DNA from: Cyanophora paradoxa CCMP329
Lineage: Eukaryota; Plantae; Glaucophyta
Reading direction: 5' to 3'
Assembly (NCBI GenBank): GCA_004431415.1
Contig: QPMI01000565.1
Coordinates: forward strand, 1 to 64,000
DNA: 64,000 nucleotides
This document shows, piece by piece, positions 12,033-24,900 of this stretch; position 1 is the stretch's first letter, and the number at the start of each line of letters is the position of its first letter. The position numbers and the translations under genes were made by a program. The notes beneath the pieces were generated by a model that was given only the letters and a program-made list of their open reading frames with translations, was not told where the DNA came from and made no database searches.

Positions 12033-12359
12033 ATGCCAAATATCCGCAAGATACTCACAGATGATGAAAAAGCAGAGAAGCTGAGACTGAAAAGGGAGCA
12101 AGATGCCCAAAGAAAACGCGAAGCCTATCATAAAAAGAAGGAGGAACGATTATCCCAAGGAGCCGCTACAGTTCACACACCAGAAGAACTCAAAAAGATT
12201 GCCCTCAGACACCAGAGGAAATACAGGGAAAATGAAGAATATCGCGAGCAGAAAAAGGCAAAAGCGCTGGAATATTACCACAAGAAGAAAGATGAACAGC
12301 CCAAGACACCCAAAGAGCATAAACCGGTTGGAAGACCTCGGAAATATATCGAAGAATAA
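12033..12359 (+). CDS. Small basic protein with AT-hook-like motif
   Basis: C-terminal GRPRKY; highly charged. Confidence 0.6.
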   Translation: MPNIRKILTDDEKAEKLRLKREQDAQRKREAYHKKKEERLSQGAATVHTPEELKKIALRHQRKYRENEEYREQKKAKALEYYHKKKDEQPKTPKEHKPVGRPRKYIEE

Positions 12360-12454
12360 ATTCTCGATCAAACCAAATCTTGTAGAAATTGATTTGATCG
12401 GAGGCAAAAAAATGACAGCTTTCTTCCCTCTTTTTTAAAACTGTACCTATATAT

Positions 12455-12515
12455 CGAGACAGTATCCCTACCCAAAACTACTTAAGGACTTGGCAAATAA
12501 AAGGATATATATAAA
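12455..12515 (+). promoter_or_regulatory. Putative promoter of helicase A
   Basis: CCCAAAACTACTTAA followed by TATATATAAA; the same motifs occur upstream of helicase B (34533). Confidence 0.55.
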
Positions 12516-12577
12516 AGACAATTCCTCCTTCCGAAATTATTTTCTTTGTTAAAGGTAGAAGTCCCCCAAAATCGAAA

Positions 12578-15164
12578 ATGAACAAAATCGAGAAATTCGC
12601 CACCCCTGTTGAAAATGCTACATTCCTTAGTACTCTCATTGGTGATCGCAACAAGGTCACCCATGTATTTGATTCTGCTGAAGATGCCTTGAAGCAATTG
12701 ATAATAGCAAGGTTAAGACCTGGGCTGAATGCATTCAGCCTGAACAAGTCACCAGAGTTTACCTGGACCTGGATAGATTCGTTGATTTGAAGGAGAACAT
12801 TGCTGATAATTATGCTGAGGCGGAAACTGTTGTAAGAGAGATGAGAGATAAGTTATGGAAGCGATCTGGGACCACTTCAATTAACGATATTGCTGTTGCA
12901 GTTCGCCATAGAAAGGTCCATTTGATCAAGGAGGATGGTATTAAGTTCAAGATCTCAGCCCACTTTATCATTAAATCGCTTGCATGCAAACATGAAGATA
13001 TCCCAAGCTTTTCAAAGCTATGGATTGGTGCAAAATGAGGATTATGACAGTGGAGTTTACAGCTCCACACAGAACCTTATCTGCCTCAATTGCTGCAAAG
13101 GTGAGACTCTCGATGCTCAAAATAAATCAAAGAAAGATGTTGATAAAAACGTTTGCTTTAAGAAATTCGTTGACTGTGACAAAGTGTTAATGCGAAATGA
13201 GGACTTCTTTGTATCTTTCTTCTCAGCTTCTACTAAACTTGTGGATGAATCGAATATTTCTGCATTCGCAAATTATAGCCCTGAGCCAAAACCAGTTAAA
13301 AAGGAGCCAAAAAGTGATAAAGTGAAGACTGAGAAGGTAGAAGCTGAAAAAGACACTGAACCCGAAAATCCTGTTACTTTCGAACTGCTACAAAGTGTTA
13401 TAATGGGTCTAAATGGTGAGAGAGCTAATGAGTATAAAACTTGGATTGATGTAGGACTGGTCATCATCAATGTTGGGGAAGACAACAAGTTCACCCCTAA
13501 AATGCAAGCTGAACTCTTCCACCAATTCTCAGAACAGAGTGACAAGTATGATTATGATGAATGCCAGGAGAAGTTTACACAGCTTCGCAGAAGCAAGAAG
13601 AAGGCTGAGCCTGGCAAAGTGTTGACCTTCAAATCCTTGGTTTATTGGTTGAGCAAAGATAACAATGAGCTTTTCAAGGAACTCTTCCCCAAAAAGTATG
13701 CATTCCTACCAGAGGACACAGATGAAATCGATTACAAGACTGCAAGTATCCCTCCTTTGGCTGAACATTACAATGTGCATAAGAGGTATTTCAATGCTCG
13801 AATGCATCATGTTGAAAATGTTGGTTGTGTGATGCTCTGGGATGAACAACTACTTTGCTGGATGCCCAAAGATATTGGAAGCTCTCTACAAAGCATTTCC
13901 CCATTTGATGCATAAGGTGATTGTCAATGAGGGAACAGATAATGAGAAAGAGAAATGGGAGCAATCATTTAGGAAATGGATTGTGGATCCAACAGCCACA
14001 AGATCAACTTACATGGATTTCCTTCCCCTCCTGCTTCTCTCAGTGCAAAATGCAAGTCTGTATTTAATCTCTATCCAGGAATGAAGGTCGACCATCAGCA
14101 ATTCGAAAATGCTCCAGAGGATGTAACTGCTGAGATGATTAAGCCTTTCCTAGATCACTTGTTCTTAATGTCTGGTGAGGATCAAAATACCTATGAATAT
14201 CTGTTGAAATGGTTTGCCCACATGCTGCAAAAGCCTGGGAACTCAATGGAGTATCCTTAATCTTCATTGGTGAGCAGGGAACTGGTAAAAATGTGTTGGT
14301 TGATACTTTCCAAAAGAAGATACTTGGAGATGCCCTAAGTTATGCAACTGGAAAGCCAAAAGAGGATCTGTTTGGTCGATTTGCCCACAATAGAGAGGAT
14401 AAGATCTTGATTGTTGTGAATGAAGCCTCAGGCAAGGACACATTCGAAAATAATGATATGCTCAAAGATCTCATAACTTCTGATAAGATTGTAATTGAAC
14501 ACAAAGGGATAGATTCATACACAAAAAGCAACTTTGCCAGGATTATATTCACCAGCAATAACAACATTCCAGTGAAAATTGAAGCTGGAGATAGGCGATT
14601 TGTGGTTGTTGAAGTTAGTAAGAAATTCGCAAAGGATAGGTCATACTTCCTTCCACTTGTAAAATGGCTAAATGATCACTGCAATATTCGAAACATTGCC
14701 CACTATTTGAGAACCAAAGTTGACTGTGAGGATGTGAACTGGATTGCTGATAGACCCCTTACAAATAAATACTATTTAGCCCAACAGGTGTGCGCTCCAA
14801 TCATTCTTATGTTCACTAAGTGGCTTGTGGATCGAGGCTTAATTTCCGAGAATAAATGCAAGTCTGGTAGCCTTGTGGAAACCTGGAAGTGGTTCCAGGA
14901 GTTATTACCAGCAATAAATATAAAAACGATTATAATAGTCGCCGATATTATACTGAAATGAGAAGTGTTACATATATCCAAGTGAAAACTACAAATGGCA
15001 AACAATACTATCATTTCCTATTCCCACAAGTATTTGAGGAATTCAGAAAGATGAAGCTTGTAGATGATGAGACTATTGAGGAAGAAGCTAATCCAAGGAT
15101 GAAACAGGACCTACCTGCTGCTGATCCTGATGCATCAGATTATGATTCTGATGTTGAAGTTTAG
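12578..15164 (+). CDS. AEP primase-PriCT-2-SF3 helicase (frameshifted)
   Basis: SAHFII and DSGVYS primase-like motifs; PriCT-2-like YKTWIDVG..FSEQSDKYD; Walker A GEQGTGKN, VVNEA, IFTSNN, DRRF. Confidence 0.8.
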
Positions 15165-15357
15165 GTTTACTCAAAAGTGGACTCATGGTTGACTCAAATT
15201 TATCATAAAAGACCCAAACAGTCTTTTATTTATGGTTTATTTATCGATTAGGTTGACTAAGTGGGGGGAGTTGACTCTTTTGTTCACAGATTCTAAAAAA
15301 GGACTCTGCCCTAAAAAGAAATAAAAAGTGCCTCAACTTCACCCACTAAGTCAACCA
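15165..15357. repeat. A-type iteron array (GTTGACT/GTGGACT) in inverted arrangement after helicase A
   Basis: GGTTGACTAAGTGGGGGGAGTTGAC (15251-15275) is the exact reverse complement of 21356-21380. Confidence 0.75.
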
Positions 15358-15407
15358 AAAAATGATTTAAGAGATAGAAAAATATATTTATATGTTAGAA
15401 GTAAGAC

Positions 15408-15758
15408 ATGGCTGGAACAGATCATGATTCTGGATCGATCTATATGATTGAGAGTCAGGAAATGAACAAAATCTACATAGGGAGAACCTCACAGCCACTA
15501 CACAAAAGATGGAGACAACACAAATCAGGTGAAATGAAATCCACAGCAGACCTATGCAAGGCTTCTGATGTGAGGTTTTCAGTCCTTTATTCAACTAAGA
15601 AGGGTGGGCATGAAGACCTTATGAACAGAGAAGCATATTACATGTATCTCTTTGAACCTTGGATAGTCAATCTACAAAAACCGAAATCTCGATTTAGGAT
15701 TAATAGGTTTTTGCGATTTCATTCAGAGGAAGCCAATGGATCCATTAAAACATTTTAA
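15408..15758 (+). CDS. GIY-YIG endonuclease
   Basis: GSIYMI...IYIGRT..L.KRWRQH...REAYY. Confidence 0.85.
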   Translation: MAGTDHDSGSIYMIESQEMNKIYIGRTSQPLHKRWRQHKSGEMKSTADLCKASDVRFSVLYSTKKGGHEDLMNREAYYMYLFEPWIVNLQKPKSRFRINRFLRFHSEEANGSIKTF

Positions 15759-15818
15759 ATTGCGTTTAGAACATCCTAAAATAAAATATCCCCTTAGAAT
15801 AGGAACAAGTTAGGAATA

Positions 15819-18800
15819 ATGCCCCGAATTACCAACAAACTCATAAGGGAGAAGAAATGGAACTCATGGGATTGCTGGGAACACTATATGCAGCCCATGA
15901 AATAACAGAGGCTGAATATGACCGGGAAATAGATTTAATTGCAAGGGCAGACCCACTTTAAGCAGATTAACCAGAAAAGCAAATAACCTATATGATAAAA
16001 TTGAAACCTTGGATGAACTGGATAGGCTTAGGCAAATAGAACCAGAGGCAGAAGATGGAACAGCCATGAATGAATTATATCGCTGGCTCACATACAGAGC
16101 CAGAAGGGAAGTTGTTGTAGATGTGATTGAATTCCTGGATAGAATTGCTACATCCCTTCCAAATCGATTAAAGCAGGGTTTAGATCAATTCAGGGCAATC
16201 AAGGTTCGCTTGTCTTTTATCTGCAAGTTCGTTAAAGTGAGCAATCCACAGGTTTGGATATCGAAATACATTTACAGTGATTACTTTGTATTAACCAGGT
16301 CGAGAAATATTCGAACTGAGCTGAATAAAGCAGCCCAAATGTGTCAGGAGCAGATGAATGTGGTTGATAGCTATCGCTTAGAAAGAATTGAAATACTCAG
16401 AGTGGCTATTATGAGTTATGCTCCAACTGGTGGATGCTTTCTACAAACCCCAGAGTGGATTGCTAGGAAGAGAGCCACAGTGAATATTCGAAATATAGAT
16501 GATTCCTGCTTCGAAAATGCGATTTTAGCCTCGATTTACAGAAAATCTATTAACTCCCATAAGAGGAATGAGCTTTCACAATATCGCAAATGGAAATACT
16601 CAGCAATCGCTTATAATCCGCTGGCTCTCAATTTCGACAATATCCCATTCCCTGTTGCCTGTGATGCTGAAATAATTGATAAATTCGAGGCTCAAAATGC
16701 AGGCATTAGCATTAATATATTCGGAATCGATGGAGAGGTTGTTTATCCCCTGCATCAATCCAGTTACCCAGGCAGAAAGCATAAGGTTAATCTCATGCTG
16801 ATATTTGATGATGAAGGGAATGGTCATTATATTACAATCATGTCCCTTTCAAGATTATTGAAAGTAAACCATGAAACATACAATGATCAGAAGTTACACT
16901 ACTGTGATACATGCTTATCTCGATTCAGGTCTGAGGCTAAACTCACTGCTCATGTGGACTCAAACAGATGCATTGATTGGAGACTCTCAAAGGGAATCAC
17001 ACCTAAACCTGAGACCACCATAGAGTTTGGACTCAAAAACCTCAGGAAAACTGTTTGGCTTCCTGTTGTGGTTTACTGCAAGATTGAACATAGAAGCATC
17101 CCCATTGATGCATCGAAATCCAAGAGGGAAGTCTCAGCAGTCAACATTAGAATAGTCACTGGGGCAGATGTTCAGGAGTTTCGATTTGAGGGTCAGGATC
17201 CAATGGGAGGTCTGTTTGAATGCTTGGAGTCCAAAGCAAGAGAGCTAATCGATTTCCTGTTCACCAATATTCCCATGAATGAACTCACAGATGAGCAAAA
17301 GGCTATTTACAGAGCTACCAAACACTGTTACCTTTGCAGTGAGAGGTTCACCAAGGAAAACTTCAAATGCAGGGATCATGATCACCACACAGGTAATTAC
17401 ATTGCACCTGCATGCAGAAACTGCAATCTCCATAGGAGAATCTCAAAGCAAACAAAAGTAGCAGTGGTTGTTGACCAAATGGATGACTGTGGGACATTCA
17501 TTTTCAGAAAAATAGCAGGCATGGGTGATAAAAAGCGAATCGAAATCCTTTCGAAAAACTTTGATCAATACCTTTCATTGCAATGGGGTCTTTACAAGTT
17601 CATTGATGCAAGTAATTTATGGACTTTGGGGCTGCTGATGTAGATGAGTTAATGAGCAAATTCCAGGCTTTCAGAAGGCTTTCACACTCAGTATATGGAT
17701 TGGACCCAGTTCATTATGTATCTGCACCTGGTTATCTTGGGATGCTATGCTTAGGACCACCAAGGCAAAAATAGAGCTTATAAGTGATGTAGAGCAATAC
17801 GAATTTGTTGAGAGGGAATCAGGGTGGCTTTGCAACAATGCCTTGTAGGTATGCTGAGGCTGATGGTGAAAACTCCCACATTATGCTGTTTGATGCTAAC
17901 AACTTGTATGGCTACTGTTTGAGTCAGCCAATTCCAGTTGGTGATTTTAGATGGGAGACCGAATTCAACCCACAAGATAACAGATCCAGTTTCCTAGAAG
18001 TTGATCTGGATTACCCAATTAGGCTGTTTCTAGATCACAGTGATTCCCCCTAATTATTAACAAGAAAATAATAGATTATGCCGAATTATCACAATATCAA
18101 AAGAGCCTATTAGATCTTTCAGGAGAAGAGCTTGATAAGACCCCTAAGCTAACTGCAACCTTTGGTTCTGTGACAAACTATGTGATTTCTGAGCCTCTTC
18201 TGCAATATCTGTTGGACAAAGGGGTGAAATTAAAGAAAGTTCACAGGGTCCTATCATTTACTGTGGCTCCTGTAATGAAACCCTATATTGAGCTGAATAC
18301 TGACATGAGAAGGAAAGCAGTGAATAAATTCGAGGCTGATTTCTATAAACTCATGAATAACTCAATCTATGGGAAATGCATTGAATCTTGCAGAGGTAGA
18401 TCTGTGGTTAAGATTGCAAACAGTGAGAAACTGTTTATGAAATATGCAGCCTCCCCATTGGTGAAATCAACAAGTCCCATAAACGAAAAAGCAGTTGCCT
18501 TTGAGTTTTACACAAAGCATGTGAAGCTAGATAAGCCAGTTGCTATTGGGGCTTATGTTCTGGATGCAGCCAAACTGCATAACTACAAGTTCTTCTATGA
18601 TACTGTAAGGTCCCAATGGACAAAAGCAAAGTTACTATTCCATGATACTGACTCCTTTTGTCTATATATCGAATCTAAGACCCTACAAAAAGATATAGAG
18701 AATATATCCTATGCATTAGACCTTGGAGGTGATTCCAGAATGACCCAGGTAAATACAAAAATGAAATGCCTGGCTCTGCTATATTGGAGTATGTGGGTCT

Positions 18801-19056
18801 GAGAGCTAAAGTTTACAGTTTCAGAACTGCTGAGATTGAGAGGAGTAAGCTCTCTGGGACTTCAACTGAGGAACTCCAATTTAATGATTTTAAACAGTGT
18901 TTATTTGCAGGTATCAGCAAGACTGTGACTGCAAAGCAGAAAAGAAGGGCAGATCACACAATAATAGACACTGTGAGTAGAAGGGTTGCCCTAAGCTGCT
19001 TTGATGCAAAGAGATACATCTTACCAGATGGTATTAATTCTGTTCCTTTTAATTAA
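15819..19056 (+). CDS. polB: Protein-primed family B DNA polymerase (terminal-protein/OTU-like N-terminus, endonuclease VII-like insert, degenerate exonuclease; frameshifted)
   Basis: Motif A FDANNLYG, motif B KLMNNSIYGK, motif C FHDTDS; RDHDHHTG..ACRNCN insert; DDSCF..GHY OTU-like Cys/His. Confidence 0.92.
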
Positions 19057-19059
19057 GAG

Positions 19060-20441
19060 ATGCCAGCAACTGGAAGAATAGTTAGGAGAACCACTGAGCA
19101 ACTACAAGGTAACCTACTGCCTATCACAGTTCCCAAGGAGGAAAAGGGAGAATCTCGAATTGTAAAAAAGTCAGAGATGAAAGAGCTTGTCCCAGTAGAG
19201 ATCCCAGTTGCTATTGCAGTGAAAGAAACCAGCAAGATTGCCAAGAGATTCTATGATGTGAGAACTGGTTACAAAGGGCTTCAAGCTATGAGGGCTGAGT
19301 TACCTGATGAATCCTATAAGCAGTTGCAAGAGTTCTATAAAAAACAAGAAGTTGTTCAGATCAATGCACCTGCTATATCTAGGAAGAGAGATCCCATGGT
19401 CCCAATTAGGCAACCCTTGATACCTATGTGATTGATTTGCTCTTTTCCCAGCTTATAAGAAACAAAACAATGGCTATGATACCTTTATGACTGCAATGGA
19501 ATCTACACTGAGAACTGGGTATATCATACCTATAAGGATAAATCAGCTCTCACTACATTAGCTGCATTTAAACAGCTTGAAATGAGAGTGGCAAGACCCA
19601 TAGTAAAAGTTCAATCAGATGCTGGAGTGAATTCCAAAATCGAATATTCCAGGAGTATTTATCTAGTAAATTCATAGAACACCAAGTGAGTGGAACTGCT
19701 GACCATAGAAGCCAAGGTCGAATTGAAGCCTTTAACAAGCAGATTAAGAGACTGATCACAAACTATTGCATAGCTAATAACACAGCTAGATTCTTTGATG
19801 TGTTAGGTGATATTGAGTATAATTACAATAATACAGTTCACTCAGCTACTAAGATGAAGCCAGGCGAAACTACAGAGGAGCATTATAGGTATATAGTGGG
19901 ATTAGAAGATGAAAGATTCAAGAAATCAATAGCTTACCTTGATACCATGCAGCCTGGCATGTTTGTTAGAGTGAAAGTTGAGAAGAACCCCTTTGCTAAA
20001 CAGGGTAACAATTGGTCTAGGATGGTTTACACTGTTGATAGTAGGGAAGGCTTTAAGTTTAAGCTAAGGAGTCCCACTGGTGAGATCATAGAAAACAGGT
20101 TTGCTTTCCATGAGCTGTTGCCTGTGAATGCAGTTGAATATCTAGAAACCCCTACAGTGGATGCCTTGGAGCAAGCCAAAGAGGAAGCCAAGGTTGATGC
20201 TGCTATAAGGAGAGAAGGCATAGAAGCTGCTAATGAAGTCCCAGATAAGCCTTTGATAGAGGCTAGAAAGGAGAAGACTGGCAAGGTTAATAGGGAACTC
20301 AAAAAGCTCACTATAGCAGGGACACAGAAACTTTCTGAGGTTAATAGCCAGAGATGGTATAATGACTTTCAGACTACTAAGGAGTCATATACAGCCCCTA
20401 AACCTCAGAGAACACTAAGAGAAAGGACCAAAACTAGCTAG
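19060..20441 (+). CDS. Retroviral-like (rve, DDE) integrase (frameshifted)
   Basis: Collinear with C copy, which shows VIDL, QSDAGSEF and IEAFN catalytic motifs. Confidence 0.9.
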
Positions 20442-20484
20442 TTTGCTAGGACCAAAACTAGCCCAGGAGTCGACTTGGTGGTAA

Positions 20485-20609
20485 GCCGTTTTTGGCTCAG
20501 AGAATAGAGCGCTTGATTTCTGACTCAAAACTACGCGGTTCAAATCCGCTCGGGAACCTTTACTTCGTTCGCCGTGAAACTTGAAAAGTAAAAAAAAACG
20601 CGGTTTTTT
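20485..20609 (+). ncRNA. tRNA-like / Pol III promoter-like element
   Basis: TGGCTCAGAGAATAGAGC (A-box/D-arm), TTGA..TCAA arm, GCGGTTCAAATCCGC (B-box/T-arm), T6 at 20604-20609; acceptor stem does not pair. Confidence 0.35.
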
Positions 20610-21907
20610 CTAGATTAATGCTGTACCCGTCTAGAAAATCAATATTAACGTTTGCTACGATATCTCAACACCAACTTATCAAATCGATGCGCTTAAAACG
20701 TCATAAAATCGAGCATTTCAAGGCGGTCACAGCGCTTATGAGCCATATCGGAATTTCACTAACTGTAACTCCAAATCGCGATGAAACCGATTTTGAATTT
20801 CGATTTTAAATTCGATTAAAATCCATTAAACGTGAGTTTTTAATATAGATCACTAGGAAGTTATCAAATCGATGCACTGACGGTCGAATATAATCACATA
20901 TATCATACATAACAATAACTTGCAATCACATATACGAATCGCAATGTGTATAGATCGCTATTACGATTAAAGCGAGTTTTGAAATTCAAAATTAATTCGA
21001 TTAAATTCGATTATAACTCAAAAATCGCGATTTATAACCATATACTTATCGTTTCGATCAACTTATGATATCGAATATTCAACTATATTATATTGCTTCG
21101 ATAACTGTGATCCCATCTATGATCCCATCAATCTAACACTGCATTTAGTAAGCATCTCCCCTTGATTCCCCCTATTATATTATATTTATATTTAAGTGGA
21201 CTCAAGGTTGACTCATATTAATCGTAAAAGTAGTAAAAGTATATGGATTTTGTTACGAATTCAATGCAAGGGTTGACTAAGTGGGTTGAGTTGACTCAAA
21301 TTTCACAGGAAATATTTGGGACCAAAAGTTTTCTAAAAAGGATTTCAAAAAATGTGTCAACTCCCCCCACTTAGTCAACCCTGACCATAAACAGTAAGGA
21401 TTTGAGCTAACATGTATCACAAAGTGAACATTTTGAGTCCACTTAGAAGATCCACTTTTGAAATCAAAGTTGATTTTGCTTGAAATTTCAAAGTTGATCT
21501 AAAAGTGAGTCCACCCTGATTGATTATGGTAACAAAGTTGACTAAGTTGACTAAGTTGAGTCATCTTAAGAAATTCAAGGAGACTAAGAGTTCAAAATGT
21601 TTATGAAAAGTGAGTCAACTTAGACCACTTATGATAACAAAGTTAAATATTTAATTGATTTAATCGGAAAAGAACATGATTTAATCGAATTTATTGATAT
21701 AATTCCGATTAGATTCATTTAGAATTCAATTAAAATCAATCGAAGTTATTGATATAATTCCGATTAACTACAATTAAGATACAATATCGATTAATCGAGT
21801 TTATCGATATAACATCGATTAAATTAATTGAAATTGCATATAAAAATATGAAAATTCATGTGAAAATTCAAATAAATTAATCGATTTTATTGATATAACA
21901 TCGAATC

Positions 21908-21980
21908 ACACATATGAATATTCATATTTTAATCCTGAGGCGGAACGCCGAGGGATTAAAATATGAATATTCATATGTGT
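21908..21980. repeat. Terminal hairpin of A: perfect 28-bp arms with 17-nt loop
   Basis: ACACATATGAATATTCATATTTTAATCC / GGATTAAAATATGAATATTCATATGTGT. Confidence 0.95.
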
Positions 21981-24900
21981 GACGCGCAGCGCGAGTACTA
22001 CAAACTCGAGAACGAAAAGAAGCAATGGAGCGAGCTGAAAGACAAGGAAATGACAGAGGTCGCGGAGAAGAAGGCGGAAGCGAACAAGCTGATGACAGAC
22101 GCGCAAAGGCAGGAAGAGAGCGCCCTCACCGCGCTAAGGTCGGCAGAGCGCCAGGTCGCGGAAGAGCGCACGAAAATGATACTCGAAGCCGAGGAGGAGC
22201 TGAAGAGGATAAACGAGCAAAGGGAAGCCGCCAAGGCGAAAAAGCTCCAGGAAATTGAGGCGCTTACCGCGGGCACAGAGCTGCTCGAGGCGCAGAGGAA
22301 AGAGATCGAGGATAGGAAGAAGAAATTGGAAAAGGAGGCAGAGGCAAGGAGGCAGCTGCTGGAAGAGGAAGAGGAAACGAGGAGAAAGGCAGGAGAGCTG
22401 CAAACGGGCGCGGTGCAGGAGGCGAACAGGCTCCGGGAGGAGATCAAAAATTTAAAGGAGGCGGCCGAGCGAGCAGACGAGCAGTCGAAAAAATTCAAGG
22501 CCAACGCGGACGAGCTGGCGCAGAGGCTGCTCAAGTACGCGGCCACCGCAGAGGCACGCTCGCCCATGGGGACGGCCGAGACGCAGACCACACCGAGGCC
22601 CGACCCGAGGCCGGCGGCAGAGAGGCTACCCTTTGCGCGTCTGGGTAGGAGCGACCAGGTGAAAGAGCTCATCGGCCTCACGGTCGAGGACCAGAGGGCC
22701 CTCTTCGATGCGTTAGAGCAGCGGCGCAGGGCGGACGAGGAGGCGGTCGCCAAGACAGAAGAGGAACGACTGAAGGCAATGCAAACTGCATCGGACGAGG
22801 AATTCGCACGTCTCGAAGAGCCAAAGGTTGCGGGACGGAAGAGGGCCCTCGAGGCCTTCAAAAACAACACCCTCGATGCCATGGGGGCAAAGATGCGAGA
22901 GCTGAAGAGAAACGAATCGCGCAACGGCGAGAAAATACGAGCTCTCGGGGTTGACATTCGCGACTTCACATATGTGATGAATCAGCTGACGGGCAGGGGC
23001 CAGAAAGACGCGGAAGAGCTGAGGAGAAAGATGGCCGATGAGAAGTGGAAAAACTTTGAGCGCGCGTACGTGCAAAGGTACATCAGCGATGCCATCTGGA
23101 TAGCATACGGCGACGCGGAGGAGATGCACCGCGAACTGCGGACCGAAGCGAGCCTATGGCGGGGCGGCCTCGAATGGTCACTGTACCGGATGCAAAAGGG
23201 GGAGTTTCTGGCAGAGCTGCGAGCCAATCCGAAAACGGTGAGCATCGGCGCACAGAGCGCGTACGTCGGCATGGTCAATTACGTGGAGAAGCTGAGCAAG
23301 TTTTGGGAAAAGCGAAGAGCCGTCATTCCAGCGGAGGGTCTTGCACAGTACGACGCCATGGTGCGCGATCTGGAGGCCTTTAAACGTGAGCATCCACCCG
23401 CCAAATACAAGCTTTACATAGATACAACGGCGTTCATAGGCGAACTAAGGAAGAGAGGAGACGAGGCCAAGAGTCAGATCGAGGAGCGCTACAGAAAGGC
23501 CCAAGCGGACAAGGAGTACGCAAACAGGGTGATTGAAGAGCGGAAGCAGCAGGCGAAGGAGAACGCGGCGAGACGCAACGCCGAGATAGAAGAGCAGAGG
23601 AGGAAGATCGCAGAGCGCAAGGCGGCAGAGGAGGAGGCGAGAAAAACAAAGGTAGAAACAGAGTACCAAGCCTTGAAGCGGGAGGCCAATCAAATATTAA
23701 AACGAAGGGGAAGGGCGTACGCCGATGAGGGCGCGGGCGTCGGCTTGGCCAGCCCAGACGACATCACACTCGCGGAGAGGGACGACGTTTCCGTGGAGGA
23801 GATGCGCCCGGGCACCGCCCGCCTGCCCTCCGAGGGCGTGTTTCAGACGCTCGACAGGCGCGTGATGGGCGACTCGGACGTTATTTTGCGCAACGCCCTG
23901 ATGCCCTACGGCGACTGGAACCGCGCCACCGCCGACGCCCTTGCGGATTTCGACCTCGAGCGATTCACCACCAAAGAGCAGCGCGACGCCTACCTGGGGC
24001 GCCCGAGGGCAAGGCGGCCCGGGGTGGCCAAGGAGGCCCTCAGCGCCGAGACGCTCTTCTCCGCGATGGGTACGGCGAACAACGATGGCATGCCCTTTGG
24101 TGTGGCCGACCTCTTCCAGGGGGCGGGTATCGACCTGGTGGGCGCCGGGCTTGGGGGTACGGGCTCAAGGGCCGGCAGACGACTGGGGGCGGGGGCGACC
24201 GGCCTTGGGCTGACGGCACTGGGCGGGCTACTCTCGTCCTACCAAGCCCTGGAGAGCGGACAGATCACGCAAGCGCAGTTCATGGACAACTTCCGCGACA
24301 GCATGATCATGACCGTGGGCTCGTTTGGCCTTCAGCAGGGGCTCACGTCCGGCCTTCAGTTCCTGAGACCTGGCATGAAGATTGGGTTCGTGGGTGGCAT
24401 GGGCCTGTCGATCCTCGCAGGAATGATCGCCGGCGTCTTCGTGGACATCCTGAACAAGAGGGATGTGGGTACCATCATCAAGAACTTTTTTATGTACCCC
24501 ATCAACTGGGCAGCCGATACGATTCAGTTCATCGGCAAGATCGCGCAGGACATGGTCGAGTGGGGCATTGAGACCTTCGGCTCCGAGGCCGAGCAACTGA
24601 GGATGCGGATTCGGCGAATTGAGGGCGAGCTAGGCGACAACCCCATGGGCGTTTTTACCGGAAGGGGCGGCGACAACGGGGCGCTGAAACTCATCATGGA
24701 GATCGAAACGCTGAAGATGGACGCTGGAAACCAGAAGCAGCCCGAAAGCCTGCAGAAGTTCATCCACGCACTCGACAACGCAATCAACGATTACCGTACC
24801 CCCAAGGACCAGAAGACTCTGCTCGAAATTGATCGTGCAACGGTGCTATACCTGTCGCAGCTCACGGAAACAATGCAGGATGGGCTACTGGCCCTGAACA

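Larger units (their letters stand above)
1..21980 (+). mobile_element. Element A: endogenous Polinton/PLV-like virus with pPolB and rve integrase; left part outside window
   Basis: Gene-dense AT-rich block with capsid, ATPase, PolB and integrase genes. It ends at ...CATATGTGT (21980), where composition switches abruptly to GC-rich; the same terminus starts element C. Confidence 0.9.
20442..21980. repeat. Non-coding terminal region of A (probable terminal inverted repeat)
   Basis: Near-identical reverse complement at 57593-59115; TCGA/ATCGAT-rich; contains iterons at about 21195-21630. The other end of A is not visible, so TIR status is inferred. Confidence 0.75.

Noticed and set aside
1-20441. 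Calling A and C genes pseudogenes
   Set aside because: Breaks are 1-bp indels with no obvious in-frame nonsense decay, and substitutions between copies are mostly synonymous.
20485-20557. Functional tRNA gene
   Set aside because: The acceptor stem does not pair and the anticodon loop is irregular; kept only as a tRNA-like element.
21963-21980. ATG start of the 1425-aa ORF
   Set aside because: It lies within A's terminal hairpin; the real gene is truncated by the insertion.
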